Shown here piece by piece: positions 48,031 through 64,000 of a stretch of 64,000 nucleotides of DNA. The DNA comes from the human T2T-CHM13v2.0 reference genome, Homo sapiens. The stretch's first letter is position 1. Every line of letters begins with the position of its first letter. A model generated the notes under the pieces. The model searched no databases and was not told where the DNA came from. It saw nothing but the letters and a program-made list of their open reading frames with translations. The DNA lies in the NCBI RefSeq assembly GCF_009914755.1, contig NC_060935.1; one strand, 5' to 3'. Position numbers and translations under genes: made by a program.

Positions 48031-48362
48031 CTGTTTGGTCTGTTCAGGCTGGTAAAACAAAATACCTCAGACTGTTATTTATAAACATGAAATTTACAGT
48101 CCACAGTGCTGGAGGCTGGAAAGTCCAGGATCAAGGCACCAGCAGATTTGGTGCCTGGTGAGGGCCCTGTTTCTAACAGATGGTGGAGGGGACAACGGAA
48201 GCCCTCAAGCTGCTTTTGTAAGGGCAAAAATCCCCTTCACGAGGGCTCTGCCCTCACAGCCCACCTAATCACCTCCCAAAGGCCCCACCTCCTAATACCA
48301 ACACATCAGGGATAAGATTTCAACATACACGTTTTGGAGGGACACAAACATTCAGTCCATAC
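48031..48362 (-). mobile_element. MLT1A-like MaLR solo LTR
   Basis: ctggaggctggaaagtccaggatcaagg...ctaatcacctcccaaaggccccacctcctaatacc...gggacacaaacattcagtccata. Confidence 0.8.
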
Positions 48363-50227
48363 ATGGTGAGTATTGATTTTGGGGTTACAAGTAAATTTCA
48401 GTGAGTACAGAATCTAGAATGTGTGAATATGAGGATTCACTGTATATGAAAAAGTTTGGTGTACTCAAATGATAAAGGTAAGTTTGGTGACGTTTATGTC
48501 GGGAGGATGAGAAAACTGTGGAGAGAAAATTATTGAAGGTAAGTCAAATATTATAATAATATATTTTAAAATATTATAAAATTAAAAAATCTGAGAATTC
48601 CTCCAGAAAATAACATATTTTTAAGTATTTGTTAATGAAGAAAAAACTACAATGAATTCATGATTCCTTTAATCAGAATATCCATATTTTTTGGGGAAAA
48701 AAGTACAAATTCATGGAAAACACTTATTCAGTTCATAAGCAATACTGGGTGTGAGGGAGTGTGTGTGTTTTGAAGGACCCAGGACACAGCAGTCCATCAT
48801 ATGGGAACTACTGTCGTGCACCCAGGGGAGTAGCTCAGGCAGGGAGAACAGCATAGGTAAAGGCCCTGAAGAGGAAGCGAGCTTGGGTTATGGGAGAACC
48901 TGACAGGAGGTCATGGCTGGAACACAGTAAACAAAGGGGAAAGTAGAACAAGCAAAAGGCAGGGGTAGATTGAAGTTTAGATTTTATCTTAAATAAAATC
49001 CCTCAATAGGGGCATGATTAATAAATCAATATATTGGCAAATGAGCTTGAGAACCATGTATTATACTATTTATATTATTCACATATTATTTATATTAAAT
49101 ATACCATGTTTATGTACACAAACATACATACAACCACATAAAGTGTATATATAGCATACACACATACACACATTTTACAAATGCTTAGAAAAGCATTTCA
49201 AATTGCTACCAATGGCTCCTTGTTGAGGGGAATGGGCATATAAGAGAAAAGATACAGGGAACTTTCACATTTTAATCCACATAATTCTATATTTTTAAGT
49301 AAACAGAACATGAGAGCTGTGAATGGTTTTAAATTTTTCCATATTTAAAATTCTAAAAGATCATTCTGGCCTATAATAATTGCATTGAAGTAGGGCAAGA
49401 GCATGAGTAGGAAGCCCAGATAGACTACTGCTCAAGAAATAATGGTGATATGGACCAGGGCAGTGGCAAAAGGTATATACATTGAAGAGGGCATATGCAA
49501 CCAAGATATATTTCAGAGGCTGAAATGACTAACCTTGATAATGGACAGAATATGGGAGATACCGGAGAAGGAAGAATAAAGACTTCAAGATTTCCAGCTT
49601 GAGCAAGTGGGTGGGCTGTATTATGACTCATTATGATGGAGAAGAGAATCACAGTCACATCTCTCTGACAAGTCTATTATGGTGCATTCTATCCATTCTC
49701 TGCCTCTACCACATGAAAGACAAAGGGACAAGATGAATTTGATGTGTATGAGAGAGACAGGGTCACATCTGGGAAACCAAAAAGCCCTGTATCAGTAATT
49801 ACACTGATTGAATTCTGTGAGGTTCATTCCCCAAAGACCAGGTCAACCTTTCTACAGAGGACTCGAAATCCATTAGGGGAATTACCTCTCCCATTGACAA
49901 AGCAACAAATGAGCTGTTGCCAACCCTTTAAATATTGGAGAAAGAAAGGTCATTCCCCTGAGGGACCTTGCTTTCATGTCCTTGAATGGTCTGATCTCAG
50001 TTATATTTAAAGCACTGAATTAAGCAAAGGTTACCAGGGAAAACCAGGGCAAAGCTGGGGGAAGAGTAGACAAATGATGCCCAGGAATATAAATTGTTTC
50101 CTTTCTTCTGGGACAAAGGCTTCTCTCTCAGTCCCGCAGGCCCTCCAAAGACCTGGTTCCATATTTTCGTAAATATACATCTGATTGTTTTACTTCTTTG
50201 CTTTAAATTAGCTCACTACTGTCTTCA

Positions 50228-50410
50228 ACAGTGGTATTCAAACTTCAATGTGCATCAGAATCACTAAGACATCTGTTCACAATGGAGAATACCAGGCCTC
50301 AGTCTCAACAGGGATTCAGATCAGTAGGTCTGGAGTACAGTCCAGGGATACAAACCTCAAATGACTCTACTACAGACTATTCAAGGACCCTATTTTGAGA
50401 AACAATGCAC
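50228..50410. mobile_element. MER5A (hAT-Charlie)
   Basis: cagtggtattcaaactt...tgcatcagaatcac...cagtaggtctgg...tttgagaaacaatg. Confidence 0.75.
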
Positions 50411-51194
50411 TAAATTGTTAATGATGATTGACAGGATGTAGCCTTGACTTAGTGACCTGCACTAGAGGAATAAATGTATCAGGAGTTTAGATATTCAGGT
50501 TGTGATTCCAGCTGTCTTTGAAATGTGAACTTATGGGGGAAAATAAACACTTTCCTGCTCTGGGCCATTTCCTCATCTATAACGTACAAGTGTTGACTTT
50601 ATTATTGTTCCCACCATCACTTCAATTTCTGACATTTTAAGATCACAGGAAAAGACAGAGGATTGAAAATGTCAGGCAGAGCTTCTGGACTGTGCTAGAC
50701 TGACTCTCCCAAAGGTGCCCAAACTGTGAAGACACATGAACATGCGCACAAAGTCTGGTGCTTTCTGGAGAGCTTTTCCCATCTGGACTAGCCATCTGGA
50801 GTCCAGTACACAGTGGAATTTGCTGGTCATAAGCAAATACAGTATCATGAAAAGCTACTTCCAAGGTACAGAATGAACAAATAATGGGGCCCTTCAGGAA
50901 CTTGGCTTCTCTTCCCTGGTCACAGTATTCTACAAAAATGGAGGGAAATCATTCAAAGGATGACATGAGAAACAGAACCAAATTCCAAAGATTAATTCAG
51001 GTGATCAAGTAAATGGACTATCTTGCTCCTGGGAGCCCCAATTTACATCAGTCCAGCTGCTTGAAGTATTGCATATGTAGCTGGAAAACATTCCCATACA
51101 GAGACTTCCTTAGCCTCTCTAGGAGCTATTGGAAAGGCTTTTGTTTAATTTGTAAGAATTCAGTATACAGAATTAAAAGAATGACCCTGGGCTG

Positions 51195-55690
<4,496 letters not shown>

Positions 55691-55877
55691 TTAACCTTTT
55701 AATGGTATAGGATCTGTAGTGATAGGCTGACTCATTTTTGGTGTACTCGATTTCGCCAAGGGCCAGGCTCCCAAGGCAAGAATCTAGAGTAGAAGTCACA
55801 TTACAATCTTAGACTCTGGAGAGACAAAGAAGAAATATTTTTCCTGAAGTTTCTTAACCAGGCTCCTTATTGCCTAG

Positions 55878-56053
55878 CAGTGCTTTTCAACCAGTGATGA
55901 AGTGCCAAGTTATTAAAAGTTTTTAATTCCTTTAGCCCTCAGAGAAACTGTAGTCCCTGGGCCAGTTACCCCTTGCCAATAGCTACCTGCAGCCTGACAT
56001 TAAAGTATTGTTTTCTTTGTATAATGTAATATGAAAAAGTTTGAAAAGCACTG
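55878..56053. mobile_element. Non-autonomous hAT-Charlie element (MER102-like)
   Basis: Perfect 13-bp TIR: cagtgcttttcaa (55878-55890) and ttgaaaagcactg (56041-56053). Confidence 0.65.
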
Positions 56054-57462
56054 TCCTACAGTGCCAAGTCTAAACTACTCAGGATAGCATTCAAGGGCCT
56101 TCCTTCATTTGGTTCCAAACTGCTACCTGAAATTTTCAACCTTCCCTCCCCTCCATGCCTATTTCTCAGCCTCAAAACATCTGACATTCCAGGAAAAGCA
56201 AACTGCTTTAATGTGATATTCCCTGTGAAAATCCTATTAATCCTTCAAGATTCCACTTGAATGCCCAAAAGCCTTCCTTACTCTCTCTGGGAGGACAGGC
56301 ACAGTGCCTCTCCTTCCCTTCTAGAGATAGCACGGGAACTGAGCTGAGCTGAATGCCAACTGAGGACTCAGTACTGATGAGACCTCAGAATATAAATCCC
56401 TTTTCATACTTTCAAAATTGCCTTATGAGTAGGGAAAGAAAGGGATTATCATAATCATTTTACAGATCAAGGAGCAGTGGTTGAGAAAATGGTAATATCT
56501 TACTAAACTCATACATGGAAGTCTGTGGCAGAGCTGGGACAAAAACTCTAGTCTTTTTTTATTTTTTTATAGATAGGACCCAAAGCCTTTTATTCTAAAA
56601 TGAGTCTTGTCTCTGAAACTGCAAAAATTGCCCAGCAGTGTTCTACACAATTTAGATTTACTTTAAGGTATAAAACTAATACAGAATGGAGATCAGGGCT
56701 TTAGACAGGAATGAATCCTGAATGTTTAGGCAGGGCAAGAGAGAGCTCCACAGAGGGGAGGTGGCACAGGGAGGCTCCAGGTGCCTTGCAGCCAGCCTTC
56801 TTTGTAACTTTATAATCTGGTGTGGCCACTTAGCAGGTTCAGAGTTGCCTCTTTGTGTGGAGGTAAGTGATGAGCACTTCTGGATATAAAGCACCAGGAC
56901 CTTTTCATCTTAAGAAGTGAAAAATCCCTGGTCTTTTTATTTCTGGCACTTTTCTTTGCCTGTGCCTGAGTGGAAAATGCAGCTAAATAAATATTAGAGT
57001 TGAAACATAGTTTTTAGATAATTTTTCATCTTGAGACATCCTGACCCTGAGGAATAGGGCTCTCTGGAGTCCGGGATGCATTCCCAAGGTCTCAGTTTCT
57101 CCCAAGACCTCAGAGCAAAAGTTTGCAGATTCCAACTGAGGAGCTATGGCTTCCTAGAGGAAAAGGCAAGCATTGCCCATGCTCAACCCTAGTGAAATTC
57201 TAAATAAAATTCTAAGACTGAAACAAACCATTTCTGTCCTTAATCCTTCTCTGAGCAAAAATATTTTTTACACTGTAGCAGTCAAAAATACAGAATCAAG
57301 CCCAGCAGTTTAACGTCTAGAATGCAAACCCCTATATTAAAACATCTATACCCATTTACCAAGCCTGCCCTATACCTAGAAATTTAATACTTTATCTTTG
57401 TTAGAACCTTCAACTTTACCCCAAATGGACATGAGCTTTCAATAAACTAGAATATAACCTGA

Positions 57463-57883
<421 letters not shown>

Positions 57884-58756
57884 TAAGTATAGATTTCATT
57901 TGGAAGCAATCCTTGGTTTATAAAGCTACAAGCTTCATCATGAATGTTATTTATGTTATTTCAGGTACACAAGTGTTTGCAAGCGTCTTGAAGGCAGAGA
58001 GTGAAAGGATGTACAGACAGTGGAAAATAAACAGGATTTAGATTCTGAAGATACAGGTTAAAATTCCAGCCTTTACTTATTAGCTGCATGACCCTAATGA
58101 GTCACTTAACTTCTGCTGTGTGCCTTAGTTTCCTTGTTCGTAAAATAGATCACATTCCATCCATCTCACATAGTCACAGAAAGAGATAAAGTAAGGTATA
58201 TATGTTTTACAAAATGTGTTATGTATAAATATCAACTTTTATCTTCTAATTGTTTTGAACATGTATCTCTCACCAGGCCTGTATTTGGGCATAATTCAAT
58301 GGAACTGATCACAGCAAGTAATTAAAAATACTTCCTAATATTTATGTAGGAGACAGTATTAATGGTCAATAAAACCAAGCATTCTAAGAAAAGTTAGATA
58401 CAGCACCCTTATGTGAACTCATAACCTTGAAAAAATTAACTTTCCAACTCAGTCACTAAGAGTAGCCCATGACAGCAACAGTGCTTATGAACACTACAAC
58501 CTCTACAACCTCATGTGCACCTAGAGTCCTAGAAGTGGGTCCTTTGCATTATTCTCTACCAAAGGAATCAAAACTCTCTGGAAAGGGGTTGATTCTATGT
58601 TGTGAAGTTAAAAAAAAATTTAAGGTAAGCCTGAAAATTATTTTTGTTCAATAATAAAAGCAAGGTTGCTTTAAAATATATCACAGAATTGTGTATGAAA
58701 TTTGTGATGGGGAAAATAAATAAAGGAAAAAATAAATCACAGAAAAAAAAATGTTA

Positions 58757-58930
<174 letters not shown>

Positions 58931-59083
58931 TCAAAAGATACGATTTAAAGGGGCTCCCAATGTCCAAGTTGTAACATTTTAAGTTTATAACTAATTGAAT
59001 CTGCAAACATAGGAGTTCATGATATTCAATGGAATAAAGTGTATGAGTTATTTTTTAATACAAAAGAAGTGAGAATATAACAG

Positions 59084-59420
59084 TGTAATGGTTAATTTTA
59101 GGTGCCAACTTGACTGGGTTAAGTGATACCCAGATAGCTGGTAAAGCATTATTTCTGGGTGTGTCTTTGAGGGTGTTTCTGGGAGAGACTGGCATTTTAA
59201 TCAGTGGACTGAGTAAGGAAGATCCATTCTCACCCAGTGTGGGTGAGCACCATCCAATTTGTTGAGAGCCTGGAAGAACAAAAAGGCAGAGGGAAAACAT
59301 TTTCTTTTCTGAAGCTGAGACACCCATGTTTCTCTGCCCTTGGACATTATTGGAACTCCAAATCCTTGGGCCTTCGGACATCGGAACTCCAGATGCTTGG
59401 GCCTATAACACTTACAATAC
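59084..59420 (+). mobile_element. MLT2 (ERVL) LTR fragment
   Basis: tgtaatggttaattttaggtgccaacttgactggg...gatagctggtaaagcattatttctgggtgtgtct...gactgagtaaggaagat. Confidence 0.82.
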
Positions 59421-60751
59421 AAGACATATTATAAGTGTTAAAACAGGGAGAGAGAGTATAAATAATTATGAAAATGAGTCTATTCTACTTTGAGGAGGGA
59501 GTCAAAAATACACTAGGTTGAAAGAGTAGAAAGACAGTCTAGATTTTAAGCACAGGACGCATAGAAAGAGAGGGCATACGGGAGGCTGAGGGTGCAGTAA
59601 GCCGTGACTGCAACACTGCACTCCAGGCTGGGTGACAGAGCAAGATCCCTACTCAAAGAAAGACAGGGCATCTTTGATGTGATTATGGGAAAGGATGTGG
59701 GGAGAGAGGTCACTGCAAATGAAGATGGAGAGGCAGGTTACAAGACAGGATCCTGGAGGACCTTGAATGCTGCCATTATCAAGGAGTTTGAACTTAGCAT
59801 CTATGTGATTGGAAGAAACAGGATCAGATCAAGATTTTAAGAAAACACAACCAAGCTATATACACAACATGAGTAAATTTTACAAACACAAAGTTGAGAG
59901 AAGGAAGCGAGTATAAAAATGTGATTTCAAAAGTTCAAAAATAAACAGAACTAACAATATTTCTTGAGAATACACATACTTATGGTAAAACTGCAAACAA
60001 AAGCATGGGCATGACTACCACAGAAGTCATGATACTTGGAAGAAGGGATGGAGTGGAATAAGAAGAATATGACTGGAAAGAGACATTCAGGGATTTCTGG
60101 GATGCTGGCAATTTTTTGACCTGGGTGGTAATTACATGGGTGTTTCCTTTATAGTACAGTATATATTATATATAATTTTTGTGTGTGTATTCCATTTCAC
60201 AATAAAAAGTTGAAGACATAGTTGGAAACATCCTGGAAAGATGCTGAGGGTAGGAGAAGTCTAGAGACAGGAAGAGAAATTAACAGCTAGTCACGACAGT
60301 ACAGGCAAGGGAGAGCCTGAGTAATGTCACTGGGAGTGGGGACAGAAAAAAAGGTATTTGAGAATTACTTAGGAGTTAGGTCTTAGTGACCCACTAGAAA
60401 TGAAAACTGCGGGAGAGAGAAGAGTCAAAAGTAACTGCCAGATAAAAGTTTCAAGCTTGGGAGATCAGATGACAGGTAGGGAAATATTAAGAGTAGCAGA
60501 CTCAAGCAATTAAAAAAATTGAGATATGATTCACATGCAATACAATCTACCCTTTACAGTGTACAATTCAGTAGCTTTTAGTATACTTGCAAGGTTGTAC
60601 AACCATCACCACTATTTAATTCCAGAATATTTTCATCACCCAAAAAGAAATTCCATACTAACTAACAGCCTTTCCCCAGTCCCTGTCCCCCTCCCCAGCC
60701 TTCATGTAATTTTAAGAGAATAAAATCTTGTGGTTAAACCCTGCCCCCTGC

Positions 60752-60935
60752 CTTTTTTTTTTTTTTTTTAAATTGAGACAGGGTCTCAGTCTGTCGCTCA
60801 GGCTGGAGTACAGTGGCATGATCACAGCTCACTGCAACCTCAACCTCCCCAGGGTTGAGGGGATCCTCCCACCTCAGCCCCCTGAGTAGCTGGGACTACA
60901 GGCACATGCCACCATGCCTGGCTAATATTTTTTTA
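60752..60935 (-). mobile_element. Alu right arm (AluJ/FRAM)
   Basis: Poly(T) gagacagggtctc...ccatgcctggctaat. Confidence 0.85.
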
Positions 60936-61212
60936 AAAAACCTGTCTTGACAGAGCAACAATGATATTCAACTGGTCTCAGCAGTTCAATCCCCAAGATC
61001 TTAATTTGCTTCTCTATTTCACAAAGTGGAGAGCTCTGGGGAAACAGAAAAGCTGCTTTTCTCAGGATATAGAGAGTAACATCCTGTTTCCTAGTTCTAC
61101 CTTGGATAGGGACTCAAGTCAACAGAGAGAGATCAAGGGTGGCAGAGAGAGGTGTCTGGTTATAATGGCTTTCAATCAGTCCCAGTACGGTTCACTTTGG
61201 GGAGGGTTAGAA

Positions 61213-61213
<1 letters not shown>

Positions 61214-61257
<44 letters not shown>

Positions 61258-61258
61258 C
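61214..61258. repeat. (TG)18(CG)4 alternating purine-pyrimidine tract inside a MER20-like element
   Basis: Tract seen directly. The flanks (gttgtcacaatgattgg, taacaaagaattgtccc) resemble MER20/MER20B. Confidence 0.85.
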
Positions 61259-61497
61259 CTGTGTGTGTGGTGGTGGCAGTGGTGGGGTAAGTTGTCACAA
61301 TGATTGGAAAGCCTTACAGGCATTAGAGGGCAGAGGACAGGTATATTAACCTCAAACCATGCATAGGATAAAATCTCGCATAACAAAGAATTGTCCCACC
61401 TACAATTTCAATACACGCCTCTGAGAAATGTGGGGGTGGAGGGAGTGAGGGGTTGGGCAGAATTCCTATTATTTCTGCAAGTACAAAAACCAAAATG

Positions 61498-61912
<415 letters not shown>

Positions 61913-63648
61913 TCACAGTGAAAAGGGTTATTAATGGAAACTCAGATATTAATAGTGATGAATCTCAGTTCACCAAGGCGAACCGCAGCCCAGGCCTGGT
62001 CGTGTTCCAGCGCCACTGTCCTTCAGTCTCTGATGTGTGTTACAGCTGCAGCTTCAGGTGTGGGAAAGAGCAAAGTTCATTGCCACAAACCCTGAGCCTC
62101 GTATCACCCATCAGAAAGAGTACCCTTGTGGGTATGTCCTACAGTTCATTCTAAAAAAATAAGAAGACCCATTAGGGAGCTCTCTACACAGGGGAAAAAA
62201 GTTTGATTTGTCTCCTTACTAAAGGTTTTTTCTTTCACTACAATGATTTTGTATGAAATTCTGCCACTGAAGAACCCTGTTAAAATTAGCAATTTACTTT
62301 CAAACATTTATTATGTGTGAAGCTCTGGGAAGCAGAGGCAACAAGATGGGACAGTTCTCAGATCAAAAGGGCTTCTGTTCTAGTGGGGAAGCTAAAATAT
62401 GGGCACAACTTCATAAAATATACATCTGCCTATATAATGTACTGAGGTAAAAATAATTTACTAAATGAAAGTAAGTTTTTTCTTCCCCCCATATTTACTG
62501 AACACTTATTAGGTACATTTTATATACATGAAAGTAAGTTTTGGGGTCAGCTTCATTACTTAAGAGCTGCATAAAAATGAGCTCTTTCATATACCTAAGC
62601 CTCAGTTTCAATTATAAAATGAAGATGATAATCCTAACCAGGTTGTTACAAGAATCAAGTAAGGTAATATAAAGGTTGTTTTTTTTTCTTTCCCTAAAGA
62701 ATATTATATATATAAACTTTCCTATAAAGTTCTATTACAGAAAAGGAAGAATTTTTATTTGATATAAGAACAGTTCAACAAAGGATAGAGCATTTGAACT
62801 GGGCTTCAAACATACGGTTAGGATAGTAAATGCATTACACCAAAAGTAATAAATTATTCAATAAGTTTTCACTGAGCCACTATAACATAACAACAAAAGC
62901 CTCTGCGTGCCAGGCTGTGGGCCAGGCAGTGGTGTTGGTACTGCTTATTATATTGCTTTTAAATTGCCTCCATGCATTTGTTTATTCATTAATTCTTTCC
63001 ATAAATACATAAGATACAATTAGTTTACCAGAGTAGCAAGACACCTAGAAAGCCTGAGACAACTGGACTTGGAGCGAGGCGGTAGTTAGGTATGAGGCTG
63101 TGGGCAAGAAGAGGTGCCTACAGAAGCTCAATCCCACCAGGTCATACAGAGGCCAGAGCCCTGAGGCCCTGAGATGGGGTGAGAGAAACAGGTAAGAGGC
63201 AGAGCAGAGTTCTACCGACAATTTTACCTAACAAACAATGCCGTCCAGGGCTGGCTGTAGTGATAGACATCAGCTTCATGCCTTGCTGCAAATTACGAAG
63301 AATACCAACCTTCCTCCCATGTCTAGGCTTGAAAACAGCCCTTTTTCTAGGTCTGTGTCACAGGGCAGCACATTACATAAGATGCCCTGAACTGAGGGCA
63401 CAACCAACTGAATGTTCCTGGTGTTTACTGTAAACTCTGAGCCAGCATGACCTGTGGAGTTTAAAAAAAAAAAAAAAAGGTAATTTCCCTACAGTTCTTC
63501 AATAAGAAAGTAAGAGGAAAACAAGAGGGAGATTCTGGGGTTTCTCCAAGCTGTGTGGTCTTTACCACCACCACCACCACCACCACCACAACAAAAACAA
63601 AATACAGTTACTTTGGGCCAGGCACTCTCCTAAGCACTTTACATATAA

Positions 63649-64000
<352 letters not shown>

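Larger units (their letters stand above)
47124..48443 (-). mobile_element. MER82 (TcMar-Tigger) interrupted by MER1B and an MLT1A LTR
   Basis: gtgaaatcaccaacaaaaagcacaaaaatgc, cacctcagctgggaa and gagtattgattttggggttacaa match the recalled MER82 reverse complement; ends flanked by TA. Confidence 0.78.

Overview
Primate, almost certainly human, genomic DNA from inside the GAB2 gene (GRB2-associated binding protein 2, 11q14.1), which runs on the minus strand. Only two coding exons are present. Exon 2 (31901-32201, 301 nt) encodes most of the PH domain, and exon 3 (1448-1691, 244 nt) includes the RERKSS Akt site. Both have canonical AG/GT splice sites and join in frame. The rest is intron (the start of intron 3, all 30.2 kb of intron 2, and the last 31.8 kb of intron 1) filled with Alu, L1, L2, MIR, MaLR/ERV LTRs and MER DNA transposons. 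Nearly all ORFs in the supplied track are repeat-derived or chance. The most interesting observations are: (1) a chain of repeat-free, exon-sized islands at 6.8-13.4 kb bounded by plus-strand splice signals, a candidate decayed antisense gene nested in GAB2 intron 2 (unproven, frame undetermined); (2) four separate locally templated insertion or fold-back scars (7607, 27613, 30200, 55106); (3) a tailless 3'-truncated U2 snRNA retrocopy with a degenerate TSD inside an old L1; (4) a twin-primed L1PA with TSD; (5) a full-length THE1A element splitting an AluJ, with an intact DUX4-type motif in only its 5' LTR; (6) a MER50-like solo LTR. Repeat family names come from recalled consensus sequences, not from a search. 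Repeat boundaries are approximate unless a TSD is quoted.
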